A stretch of DNA of 64,000 nucleotides from Desulfatiglandales bacterium (GTDB taxonomy: Bacteria > Desulfobacterota > DSM-4660 > Desulfatiglandales > Desulfatiglandaceae). Made by a program: the position numbers and the translations under genes. The first letter of the stretch is position 1; the number at the start of each line of letters is the position of its first letter. The stretch is taken from assembly GCA_963662465.1 (NCBI GenBank), contig OY759599.1, forward strand, positions 4,640,001 through 4,704,000. The letters are read 5' to 3'. Below, in pieces: positions 1 through 9,357 of this stretch. The notes below the pieces were generated by a model. The model saw nothing but the letters and a program-made list of their open reading frames with translations. It searched no databases and had not been told where the DNA came from.

Positions 1-505
1 AGTCGCCGGCTCCCTGAACCTCGTAGTTTTCAGGCGTCTCCACCTTGATCTCCCCTGAAGATCCTCGATTCCAGTAGACGATAAACCTACCCGTTGCGTC
101 ATAGGGAAATCGGCTTTTATATTGTTCATCTTTGCCATCAAAGGCACCGGGTTCCCACAGGGTGTAGGTTCCGACAAAATCAGGATTCTTTTCCGTCACC
201 CTTTTGAGCATCCCGTTGACCTGTTCCCGGGTAAGGCTTTTTCCGCCCTCTTTTTCCTTAACTCCCACTGAACCAAGCGCCTGTGCCAGGGTGCGCGCCG
301 CATCCAGCGGCACCTCAAATTGGGTTTTAATAAAATTGGCCATCCCCTTCCCACCGGCCAAGACCTCCTTTTCCGCTGTCTCAAGGGCGGTCTTTCGCTG
401 GGTAACAGCGGCGTAGGCCACAATCAGACCACAGGTAAGTAACATACAGATTCCCACCCACAGAACGATTTTCACTTTAATGGATCGACCTCTAAACTGC
501 GCCAT
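1..505 (-). CDS. Probable methyl-accepting chemotaxis protein, N-terminal part (TM + Cache-like), runs off window edge
   Basis: Manual translation MAQFRGRSIKVKIVLWVGICMLLTCGLIVAYAA...PLDAARTLAQAL; AGGAG RBS at 514-518; follows cheW; signalling domain not visible. Confidence 0.65.
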   Translation of the reverse strand, partial: MAQFRGRSIKVKIVLWVGICMLLTCGLIVAYAAVTQRKTALETAEKEVLAGGKGMANFIKTQFEVPLDAARTLAQALGSVGVKEKEGGKSLTREQVNGMLKRVTEKNPDFVGTYTLWEPGAFDGKDEQYKSRFPYDATGRFIVYWNRGSSGEIKVETPENYEVQGAGD

Positions 506-520
506 ATGGCTATCTCCTGT

Positions 521-1084
521 TTAAACGGTTTCTTCCCTTACAATAATTCCCGGATGGGAGATGAGCTTTTCCATATCCAGAATCATGAGCATGTCCGAAG
601 TCACCCCTTTAATAAACTCCTGGCCCCTGGCCGAAAGGGTTCCCGATGCCGCTTGCACCATTGCCGGTAAAATCTGCTCCAGTTTGGGCCGGTCTTCCGC
701 CAGGATACAGAATTCCATGAGCATTCTCTCCGGTACGGTTTCGCCGCGGATCAACAGCACGTGGGCCTTTTCCATATTCATCTCAACGCTGATTCCCAGA
801 TAGGCGGCAATATCCATAATGGAATAGATCCGGCCCCGGAGGTTGACCGCCCCCACAATGAAATCCGGCGTACACGGAACCGGTGACCACATCTCCCGCT
901 TCAAGGGTTGAATCTCCTGAATATAGTGAAGGTCCACCCCGAAACGTTCTTCACCAATGGAAAAGGAAAGGAGCCGCAACACATCTTTTAAATCGGATTG
1001 TGTGTCCCCGCTCCGCGCCAGAATCCGGGCCCGGTCTTCCAGAATTTTTTGAATACTCACATCCAGGGGTATTTCGCTCGTCAT
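521..1084 (-). CDS. cheW: CheW adaptor (WspD-like position)
   Basis: LLSFSIGEERFGVDL...VPCTPDFIVGAVNLRGRIYSIMD. Confidence 0.92.
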   Translation of the reverse strand: MTSEIPLDVSIQKILEDRARILARSGDTQSDLKDVLRLLSFSIGEERFGVDLHYIQEIQPLKREMWSPVPCTPDFIVGAVNLRGRIYSIMDIAAYLGISVEMNMEKAHVLLIRGETVPERMLMEFCILAEDRPKLEQILPAMVQAASGTLSARGQEFIKGVTSDMLMILDMEKLISHPGIIVREETV

Positions 1085-1099
1085 GAGTGACCCTTTCAT

Positions 1100-2647
1100 C
1101 TATTTTAGCGTTTTCGCCATGGTCAGCAGTGTCCTTGCGGTCAGATCATCCGCACCCGGCAGAATCGTTTCCGGCGCCATTGCGGAGGCCAGGGCAATGG
1201 CCTGCCGGCGATGTCGTTCCGATTTCTCTTTCTGATTCAGCTGTCGATAGAGCATTGCCATACTCACGTGTGCCAGTGCAAAGCCGGGCTCCAGAAAAAG
1301 CGCCCGCTTGAGACGTTCCATGGCCCTTTTATTGTCGCCTGATTCCTGATGGACCAACCCCAGGGTATAATAAACCTCCGCTCTGAGGGGATTAATTTCG
1401 ATAGCCTGTTCGCAGAAAGAGCGGGCTTCTTCCATCTGTCCCACGTTGGCGTGGACCCGGCCCAACTGGTAGAGGCTGTCCGCATCCCGAGGGTTTTCGG
1501 CGAGGCAGCGAAAAAACAGATCTTTGGCCTCTTCATACCTCTTCCGTCGAATCAGATTCCTGCCCAGCTCCGCCAAATCAGGCTTGTCAGGTGGCGTGGG
1601 CAGGTCGGCACGCTCTGCCACCGGTACCGGCATGGTCGTCATCACAAAAGGCGTTTTCTTTAAACCGGCTGAAAAAACATCCTGCTCTATTATGGCAGAT
1701 ACCGGTTTAGATGCGTTTGAGGTTGTTTTTTCAAAGGCCCCCTCCTGAAAACGCCGCACGAACGGGGCAGGCTCATTCAATTTCCGGTATACGGTTCCGC
1801 CTGAAAATACATGGTACCCGTACTGGTCAAACACCGGTATACTGGTCTCGGAGGCTCCCATCATCAACCAACCGCCCGGGACCAGGCACTGGTAAAACCG
1901 TGAGACCACATGGCGTACCACATCTTCAGAGTAGTAGATGGCCACATTCCGGCACAGAATCAGGTCCATGGCGTTGGTGTTGGTAAAAAGAGAAGGATAA
2001 ACCGGTTCGTTCAAATTGAGGTATTCAAAGTGCACATTTTTGCGAATTCGGGGAATCGCTTCGTATTCATCACCTTCCCGGTTGAAATACCGGGCCTGAA
2101 ACAGGGGGTCGGTCTGTCGAAAGGACCAGGGCCGATAGCGAGCCATCTTCCCCTTATGAAGCACTTTTTTGTTGATATCCGTTCCCAGAATGCAGATGTT
2201 CCACTGATCTATGTCGGGAACCAGCTCCGCCAGAAGCATGGAAAGGGTATAGGCTTCTTCACCGGACGCACACCCGGCACTCCAGATGCGGATGCGCCGG
2301 TCATGCCCGTGGGCGGCAATGATCTGGGGCAGGAGATGCCGCCTCAGCGCTTTAATCTGGTTTTCGTCCCTGAAAAAATAGGTCTCCCCCACCGTCAGTT
2401 CTTCGATCAGCGCGTCCCACGGGGGACTGTCCGTTTCAGTTGCCTGAAGCATTTGAAAATACCGGTCCAGGTCGTCCTGGGCCGCTTTTTCGCACAGCAT
2501 GGTGATGCCCCGAGCCAGGGCGTTCCGCCGTTTGATTCCGAACAGCATGCCGGTCCTCTGCAGGACCAGTTTCTGAAACCGGTCATACTGATCATTGCTC
2601 AGAAAATGCTGAAATTTAGGCGTCGTATTCATGAATTCAGTCATCAA
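1100..2647 (-). CDS. cheR: CheR methyltransferase with C-terminal TPR repeats (WspC/ACF type)
   Basis: LTVGETYFFRD, RIWSAGCASGEEAY, DLILCRNVAIY, followed by TPR helices. Confidence 0.95.
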   Translation of the reverse strand: MMTEFMNTTPKFQHFLSNDQYDRFQKLVLQRTGMLFGIKRRNALARGITMLCEKAAQDDLDRYFQMLQATETDSPPWDALIEELTVGETYFFRDENQIKALRRHLLPQIIAAHGHDRRIRIWSAGCASGEEAYTLSMLLAELVPDIDQWNICILGTDINKKVLHKGKMARYRPWSFRQTDPLFQARYFNREGDEYEAIPRIRKNVHFEYLNLNEPVYPSLFTNTNAMDLILCRNVAIYYSEDVVRHVVSRFYQCLVPGGWLMMGASETSIPVFDQYGYHVFSGGTVYRKLNEPAPFVRRFQEGAFEKTTSNASKPVSAIIEQDVFSAGLKKTPFVMTTMPVPVAERADLPTPPDKPDLAELGRNLIRRKRYEEAKDLFFRCLAENPRDADSLYQLGRVHANVGQMEEARSFCEQAIEINPLRAEVYYTLGLVHQESGDNKRAMERLKRALFLEPGFALAHVSMAMLYRQLNQKEKSERHRRQAIALASAMAPETILPGADDLTARTLLTMAKTLK

Positions 2648-3165
2648 CCCGCCTCGGGTTCTTCAAATTCGATGACGGCTCCGGTGTCAACCTCATCGGC
2701 TTCCAGCGCCAGATAGACCTCATCATTTTTTCGAATCACCGCATTCAACAGCGGGGACTTCCTAAGGGTGCCTTCAGGTTTGGCCACATGATCCTCGGAA
2801 ACAGCGATCACCTCCTCCACCGTTTCGGCAATGACACCCAGTTTTCGATTCTGTGTTTGCATCACCAGTATCCGATGATCCGGATGTACCCCTACCCGCG
2901 ACAATCCCAGCCTTTTTCTCAAGTTGATGACCGGTATCACCGTTCCCCCCAGATTGATGAGTCCGGAAATCCACTCCGGCGCTTCCGGTACCGGGACCAG
3001 TGCCGCCATGCGGATCACACGCGCCACTTTTTCCAGTGGAAAAGCCAGTTGCCGATTACCAATGCGAAATGTCAGAAAATGGCCCGCCATTCCCTCCAAA
3101 TACGGGTCTCGGATTTCCCGCGGCGCCGGCTTTTTATCCGTGGGTGCTTTTGGTGTCTTTGTCAT
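2644..3165 (-). CDS. cheW: CheW adaptor (WspB-like position)
   Basis: FLTFRIGNRQLAFPL...VPEAPEWISGLINLGGTVIPVINL; GGAG before ATG 3165. Confidence 0.92.
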   Translation of the reverse strand: MTKTPKAPTDKKPAPREIRDPYLEGMAGHFLTFRIGNRQLAFPLEKVARVIRMAALVPVPEAPEWISGLINLGGTVIPVINLRKRLGLSRVGVHPDHRILVMQTQNRKLGVIAETVEEVIAVSEDHVAKPEGTLRKSPLLNAVIRKNDEVYLALEADEVDTGAVIEFEEPEAG

Positions 3166-3185
3166 CTCTTTTTTTTCTCCAGTTT

Positions 3186-5255
3186 TCAAGAACGTGTGTA
3201 CTGTTCAACGATCCGCCTGAGCTGTTCGGCCTGGGCATTCAAGTCTTGAACCGCCCCTTCCACCTGCTGAATCCCCGCTTCACTCTGGGTCGTTGCCTGG
3301 TCAATGTTCTCCATGGCAGCGCTGATCTGGTCCATCCCCGCCAGTTGTTCCTGGGCGCTGACCGCAATCTGTTGTATCGTTCGGGTCACGCCTTCTATAT
3401 TTCGATTGATGCTTTGAATGGCCTTACCTGCCTTCTCGGCCTGCAACACCCCTTTGTCAGCACGTTTTGCCCCCTCTTCCGTCACCATCACCGCCGTGTT
3501 ACTCGCCTTCTGGATCTGTCCAAGGATCTCCTGAACCCTAGCGGTGGCATCTCTTGACTGCACCGCCAGACTCCGCACCTCACCGGCCACCACGGCAAAT
3601 CCTTTGCCCGCCTCGCCGGCCCGGGCCGCCTCGATGGCCGCGTTCAGTGCCAGCAGATTTGACTGATCCGCGATGTCGTTCACCGTCTCGATGATCTCAC
3701 CGATCTGCTGCGTCTGTTCGCTGAGGGAAAGGATGGTCGCCGCAATGCTTTCCACCTGCTCCTTGATGCGGTTGACACCCTCCAGAGTGCTTTCCACCGC
3801 CCTGAACCCCTCATCGGCCTCTTTGGAAGATTCCTCTGCGACTCTAGCCACCTGCTGAGCGCGTTCCGCTGACTGTTTAGCGGTCTGCCGGGCCTGCTCC
3901 ACGGTGCCGGCAGTCTGGTTCACGGCGGCCGCCTGCTCGCCGGCGCCGGCGGCCTGTTCACTGGTGGTGGCCAGGATCTCACTGGTGGCCGTCGTAATAT
4001 TCCTCACTGCGACACCGATCTGCCCTTGGAGAAAATCGTTGGCGCTCTGAAGTGCCCGTTCAATTTCTTTGAGGTCGCTCACATCCGTGATATATTCCAC
4101 ACCGCCCACCACATTTCCTGACACATCCAAGAGCGGCACACCCATGTAATGAATGGGCATATTTCCGGTTCCCACTAATACGGTCTGTCCCGAGGTGGCC
4201 TTTTTTTGTTCCATGGCCTGCCTTACGCGGCACTCATCCGTATTACAGTGTTCGTTCCTGAACAGGTCATAGCAGTTTTTCCCGATGCCCTTTTCAACGG
4301 TGGTTTGCGCAAACGCGGCGGCTTTTTGGTTCATGAATTGAATGTTAAATTGCCGATCAATCGCCGTAACCGGGACAGGCGCATTATTCAGATAATTCTC
4401 CATTTGATTCATCGTCCGCTGAAGACTCTCGACCATCTGATTGAAGGCATCCGCCAATACCTTCGTCTCATCTCCGGAATCGATCCTGAGCCGCTCCGTC
4501 AAATCTCCCCCGGCCACCCGCCCGGCAAACCCAACCACCGCATTGAGGGGTTTAATGATGGACCTGATCGTTTTCATTGAAAAGGAGATGCAGATAACAA
4601 GGAGTAACGCGAGTGCAATCCACAGGGCTTTTTTTGTCATGGAAACAGCCCATGCCGACAATTTTCCCACCCCGGCGGAAAACATTGCGGTCGTACGATC
4701 CATTTCTTCATTGGTTTTATCAATATCCGCTAATAGCGCTTTCTTTTCAACTGAATCTTCGGTTTTGGTGTATTTTTCCGCTAATGCCCGGTACCGAACT
4801 GCCAATGCGTTTGCATGTTGTGAGATCTCAACGAGTGACACCACCAGCGGCTGAGAAGAGAGAAAACCGACAATGGTTATGATATCAAGGGCTTCATCGT
4901 CATTCACGGAAGGAAACCAGTGGGCCATATTCTTCGCGATTTCCGCCTTTGGTTTAATCTTCAGATCCTTGATGATCGATCCAAAAATGCCACTCAACTT
5001 CATGGTGATTTCCATGTGCGAATTAAATTTGTTATAAAATGCCGCATCTCCGGTTCTGACATACTCCCCAAAGGAATACGCGGCCTCATAAAAGTTGACC
5101 GTATGATCGCGTTCGGACCGGGTGATTAGAAGTGCCCGGTCTACGACCTTTAAAGATACCAGTCCGATAGCCGTGATAATGAGACAGGCGATGACCGGAA
5201 TACTGACCAGGGCAAAAATTTTCTTTGCGATTGAGTCTGAAATAGAAAACCTCAT
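3186..5255 (-). CDS. Methyl-accepting chemotaxis protein (2 TM, HAMP, PAS, signalling domain)
   Basis: [37 protein letters not shown] hairpin tip; HAMP and PAS segments. Confidence 0.96.
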   Translation of the reverse strand: MRFSISDSIAKKIFALVSIPVIACLIITAIGLVSLKVVDRALLITRSERDHTVNFYEAAYSFGEYVRTGDAAFYNKFNSHMEITMKLSGIFGSIIKDLKIKPKAEIAKNMAHWFPSVNDDEALDIITIVGFLSSQPLVVSLVEISQHANALAVRYRALAEKYTKTEDSVEKKALLADIDKTNEEMDRTTAMFSAGVGKLSAWAVSMTKKALWIALALLLVICISFSMKTIRSIIKPLNAVVGFAGRVAGGDLTERLRIDSGDETKVLADAFNQMVESLQRTMNQMENYLNNAPVPVTAIDRQFNIQFMNQKAAAFAQTTVEKGIGKNCYDLFRNEHCNTDECRVRQAMEQKKATSGQTVLVGTGNMPIHYMGVPLLDVSGNVVGGVEYITDVSDLKEIERALQSANDFLQGQIGVAVRNITTATSEILATTSEQAAGAGEQAAAVNQTAGTVEQARQTAKQSAERAQQVARVAEESSKEADEGFRAVESTLEGVNRIKEQVESIAATILSLSEQTQQIGEIIETVNDIADQSNLLALNAAIEAARAGEAGKGFAVVAGEVRSLAVQSRDATARVQEILGQIQKASNTAVMVTEEGAKRADKGVLQAEKAGKAIQSINRNIEGVTRTIQQIAVSAQEQLAGMDQISAAMENIDQATTQSEAGIQQVEGAVQDLNAQAEQLRRIVEQYTRS

Positions 5256-5317
5256 GTATCCTCCTTTTTAACTTCAGGTCTTTTCATCATAACTTCCATG
5301 GATCAGCCTCTTGCTTC

Positions 5318-5559
5318 GTAACCGTTCACGGTTGCCGGTTTACAGTTGCCGGTTCACGGTTTTTCAATGAATTATGGGTTTCCTTCATACAGATTTACAC
5401 TTTCTTGATGAATCGTTTTTTCAATTTTAATGAAGGATGCGGAATTATGTTGGGATTGATAACCGCAATTTTTTAAATCTTCACAAGAGAACCCCATAAT
5501 CTTCCGTTATCCTCTGTTTTTCAACCGTAAACCGGCAACCGTAAACCGTGAACGGTTAC
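5318..5559. mobile_element. MITE-like element with heptamer-built TIRs and imperfect 8-bp TSD
   Basis: TIR GTAACCGTTCACGGTT...AACCGTGAACGGTTAC; flanks CTTGCTTC (5310-5317) and CTTGCGTC (5560-5567); AT-rich interior. Confidence 0.75.
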
Positions 5560-7502
5560 CTTGCGTCATCCAAAACGTTTCTGACCGTGCCAGCCATTTC
5601 CAATTTCATAACCGGCTTAATTAATAACGCGTTGATACCGATTGCCCCTGCTATTTCTTCCGATATCCTTCTACTGTATCCGGTACAGAGAATCACCGGA
5701 AGATGGGGGCGAATCTTTTTCATCTCGATGGCCAGTAAATCCCCGGTCATGTGCGGCATGGTCATATCCGTAATCACCAGATCAAAGCGGTCCGGGTCGG
5801 ACTTGAACAATTCCAATGCCGCCACGGGGTTGGTTCGTGCGGTAACCCGGTATCCCAGAGCCGTCAGAATTTGCTCAATAAGGCCGGCAATGGCAGCCTC
5901 ATCGTCGATGACCAATACCGATTCGTCGCCGGTGGGCACTGCTTTTTTTTCAGATTTTGGGGCCGATTTTACCGGGTTGGTTTCCATGACCGGGAAATAT
6001 ACATCAAAAATGCTCCCCTTGCCGGGTTCGCTCTTGACCGTGATCACCCCTTTGCATCCATCCACAATCCCTTTGATGACGGACAATCCCAAACCGGTTC
6101 CTTCCCCTTTACCCTTGGTGGTGAAGTACGGATCAAATATTTTCGCAAGGATATCCGGGCTGATCCCGCAACCGGTGTCTTCAACGCGTAATTGCAGATA
6201 GTTGCCGGGTAATAGGGTTGGATGGCGTTTTGCAAAACGATCATCCCATGGAACCTCCTTCAACCGAACCGTAATAACACCCACATCATATGCCATGGCG
6301 TGGGTGGCATTGGTACAGAGGTTCATGATCACCTGATGAACCTGGGTCGGATCCGCCAGAATGGCCGCATCGCTTTCGAAGGCGCCTCTGATCTCTATGG
6401 AGCTGGGGGTGGATGCCTTCAACATCTTGAGGACTTCTTTCAAAATGTATTTGACCCGGATGGGCCTGACGACCGCATCCGATTGCCTGGCAAAGGTCAG
6501 GATCTGCTTGACCAGCTCTTTTGCGCGAGTCCCCGCCTTATAGATCTGATTCAGATCAGCGTACAGATCGCTTCCTTCAGCGACGCTCATCTTTCCCAGT
6601 TCCGCATAGCCGATGACAGCTGAAAGGATGTTATTGAAATCATGGGCAATGCCGCCTGCCAGGGTGCCGATGGCCTCCATCTTCTGGGCCTGCTGAAGTC
6701 GGGCCTCCGCATTGCGATGTTCGGTAATGTCTTTTAACAGACCGACCATTCCGGTGACCTCTCCGGAGGGATTGAGGTTGGGGGCGCCACTGAGGTTGAA
6801 AAGACGCGACGTGCCGTCTTTGTTCAGCATGGAAATAATTTGATCTCTGATGATATTTTTGCCATTCCTGACCCTTTTAAATAAATAGATACATGCCCCG
6901 GCATCTTTTTCTTTCACGAAGTCCACAAAGTATTTTCCCAGGGTCTCGTCATTCCCGTACCCCATTATTTCTCTCCATGCGGGATTCACATAGGTAAATG
7001 ACCCATCCACCCCCAGGGTGTAAATAATATCCGGTGCATTTTCGCTGAGAGATCTGAACTTCTCTTCGCTCTTGCGAAGTGTTTCCTCCGAGCGCGCCCT
7101 CCCCAGGGCGTAGCGGATGGAACGCTGCAGCAAATCGGCGGTGAGTGTGGTCTTATTGAGGTAGTCGGAAGCCCCCATTTCCATGGCCGCCATATCCACC
7201 CGGGTGTCCCCCTGGCTGGTGAGCAGAATCATGGGGGCACGGATCTCCAGGTCAACGGCACGCCGCAGCAGTTCCAAACCGTTTCGTTCGCCTAAACGGT
7301 AATCGAGCAAATAGACGTCATGCCGATGCTTCTCCATTGCCGCCAGTCCCGCCTCGTAAGTCGCAGCCCATTCGAATTCAAATGGAGACTCCCCCGGCCC
7401 AGCAAGAAGATCACGGGTCAGAATATAGTCATCTTCATCGTCATCCACCAGGAGGATGCGAATCTTTGCGGGATTGTTGATTGTTGATGGTTGATTTTCG
7501 AT
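5556..7502 (-). CDS. Hybrid histidine kinase REC-PAS-HisKA-HATPase-REC (start uncertain)
   Basis: GTLAGGIAHDFNNIL H-box, NLCTNA, GTGLGLS, two receivers; frame open upstream of GTG 7448 to an RBS-preceded ATC at 7502. Confidence 0.92.
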   Translation of the reverse strand: MENQPSTINNPAKIRILLVDDDEDDYILTRDLLAGPGESPFEFEWAATYEAGLAAMEKHRHDVYLLDYRLGERNGLELLRRAVDLEIRAPMILLTSQGDTRVDMAAMEMGASDYLNKTTLTADLLQRSIRYALGRARSEETLRKSEEKFRSLSENAPDIIYTLGVDGSFTYVNPAWREIMGYGNDETLGKYFVDFVKEKDAGACIYLFKRVRNGKNIIRDQIISMLNKDGTSRLFNLSGAPNLNPSGEVTGMVGLLKDITEHRNAEARLQQAQKMEAIGTLAGGIAHDFNNILSAVIGYAELGKMSVAEGSDLYADLNQIYKAGTRAKELVKQILTFARQSDAVVRPIRVKYILKEVLKMLKASTPSSIEIRGAFESDAAILADPTQVHQVIMNLCTNATHAMAYDVGVITVRLKEVPWDDRFAKRHPTLLPGNYLQLRVEDTGCGISPDILAKIFDPYFTTKGKGEGTGLGLSVIKGIVDGCKGVITVKSEPGKGSIFDVYFPVMETNPVKSAPKSEKKAVPTGDESVLVIDDEAAIAGLIEQILTALGYRVTARTNPVAALELFKSDPDRFDLVITDMTMPHMTGDLLAIEMKKIRPHLPVILCTGYSRRISEEIAGAIGINALLIKPVMKLEMAGTVRNVLDDAR

Positions 7503-7519
7503 TGAAACCCCCTTGCTCG

Positions 7520-8692
7520 TTACTGGTTACCGGATACTGGTTGTCGCTCAGCGGGAAGAAGAAGGGTCACCGTGGTTCCCTCCCCCTCCCTGGATGTCAC
7601 TCCCAGGCTTCCTTTATGGTTTTTAACGATGCCATAGGCGGTGGTGAGCCCCAGACCCATCCCTTTCTGAGAACCCCTCCGCTTGCTCGAAAAATAGGGA
7701 TCCATAACTCTGGGCAGATTCTCCTTGGAAATGCCGGACCCTTTGTCCTCGATGGTCACCGCCACATAAGGCCCCGGCGCCAGATGAAACACCTCATTTT
7801 CCGTTTCCAATGTCACATTCCGGGCCTTTATCTCCAGAACGCCCCCTTCCGGCATGGCTTCGTATCCGTTGGTGCAGACATTGGTGAAAACATGCACCAT
7901 CTGACCATGATCAAAGACCGCGGGCCAGAGATCATCGGGCATCCGCAAGGCAACACGGCCTTGGAACTTCTCCGCACAACGGTTGACGCACTCCTCGATA
8001 ACCGGCCCAAGGGAGCTGGTTCTGAAGTAGGGCATGCTCCCTTTGGAGATCTCCAGAAACCGCCGGGTCAGGTCCTTCATCTGCAAGGCCGCATTGTATG
8101 CCATGGTCAGGTTTTCATGTGCCCTGTTTTCATGGCCCGGTGTCCCCGGTTCCATATCCATCAGGACGAGATCCATATAACCCATGATCCCGGCAAGAAG
8201 GTTATTGTAATCGTGGGCGATCCCTCCGGCAAGGATACTGAGGGTTTCGAACTTTTCGGTTCTGAGCACCTCCTGTTGCATGGCCTTCAGGGCCTCTTCC
8301 GCCTGTTTTCGATCCAGGGCATACCGGATGGAGCGTTCCAGAAGCGTTCCCCGAAGCTCGGTTTTATCCAGAAAGTCCGCTGCTCCGGCCGCCATGGCGG
8401 CCATGTCCACGTCCCGGTCTCCCTGCCCCGTCAGCAGAATAAGCGGGGACTTGCAGCCCAATGCCCCGGCCTCCCGCAGCAGTTCCAGCCCGTTTCCGGC
8501 CCCCAGACGGTAATCCAGCAAATAGACATGATGCCGACATGCTTCGATCTCCTGGAGACCTTCCTCATAGGTGGACACCCAGTCCACCTCAAAAACCCCA
8601 TGAGCGGTTTCCAGAATCAGATCGCGCACCAATACGAAATCGTCTTCATCATCGTCCACCACAAGAATCTTTATGATATCTTCACCCATCAT
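7520..8692 (-). CDS. REC-HisKA-HATPase hybrid kinase
   Basis: ILVVDDDEDD receiver; AGGIAHDYNN; GMGLGL; the 22 upstream in-frame codons to 8758 are repeat-derived. Confidence 0.92.
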   Translation of the reverse strand: MMGEDIIKILVVDDDEDDFVLVRDLILETAHGVFEVDWVSTYEEGLQEIEACRHHVYLLDYRLGAGNGLELLREAGALGCKSPLILLTGQGDRDVDMAAMAAGAADFLDKTELRGTLLERSIRYALDRKQAEEALKAMQQEVLRTEKFETLSILAGGIAHDYNNLLAGIMGYMDLVLMDMEPGTPGHENRAHENLTMAYNAALQMKDLTRRFLEISKGSMPYFRTSSLGPVIEECVNRCAEKFQGRVALRMPDDLWPAVFDHGQMVHVFTNVCTNGYEAMPEGGVLEIKARNVTLETENEVFHLAPGPYVAVTIEDKGSGISKENLPRVMDPYFSSKRRGSQKGMGLGLTTAYGIVKNHKGSLGVTSREGEGTTVTLLLPAERQPVSGNQ

Positions 8693-8754
8693 TTTCTCCA
8701 AACCGTCGTTCAATTTCCACTGTTCGTTGTTCATCAATCGCCAATCAACAATCA

Positions 8755-9210
8755 TCAATCATCAACGGTAGGCAGCTGAACAATCTGGACCCAGTATTTG
8801 TCCAGAGCCCCCAGGGTCTCCACCAGGCCTTCAAAGGTTACCGGTTTGGTGATGAAAGAGCTGGCGCCCAGATCGTAGGACATCAAGATATCCCGCTCGG
8901 CCTGGGAGGTGGTGAGTACAATCACCGGAATCCCGCGAAGCTTGGGATCCGCCTTGATAATTTTCAACGCCTCGCGACCGTCCATGCGCGGCATATTCAG
9001 ATCCAGGAGAATGATGTCCGGCCGGGGGTATTTTTTCAAATCGTCGTATTTCCCCCGCCGGTTCAGGTAATCCAGCAGCTCCTCGCCATCCTCCACGAAT
9101 GCCAGACTATTGGCGACGCGCTTTTCCTCGAAAGCCTCGGCCACCAGCATGCGATCATCGGCATCGTCTTCCGCCATCAGGATATGAATAACCTTGCACT
9201 GCTCGTTCAT
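8755..9210 (-). CDS. Single-domain response regulator (Rcp1-like)
   Basis: ILMAEDDADD, LLDLNMPRMDGREAL, IPVIVLTTS, FITKP. Confidence 0.95.
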   Translation of the reverse strand: MNEQCKVIHILMAEDDADDRMLVAEAFEEKRVANSLAFVEDGEELLDYLNRRGKYDDLKKYPRPDIILLDLNMPRMDGREALKIIKADPKLRGIPVIVLTTSQAERDILMSYDLGASSFITKPVTFEGLVETLGALDKYWVQIVQLPTVDD

Positions 9211-9223
9211 TTGTCAGCTCCTA

Positions 9224-9357
9224 TGGTTGATTGTCGATTGTTGATTGTTGATTGTTGATTGGTGATTGGTGATTGGTGATTGTTGATTGAAGCGACTGCC
9301 GGCGCCTGATCGCCCATTTTCTACTGTTCGTCAATCGACAATCATCAATCGACAATC
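9224..9357. repeat. Inverted pair of heptamer tracts (TTGATTG/GTGATTG)n ... (CAATCGA/CAATCAT)n
   Basis: Read directly; right arm contains the stop codon of the 9345 kinase. Confidence 0.9.
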
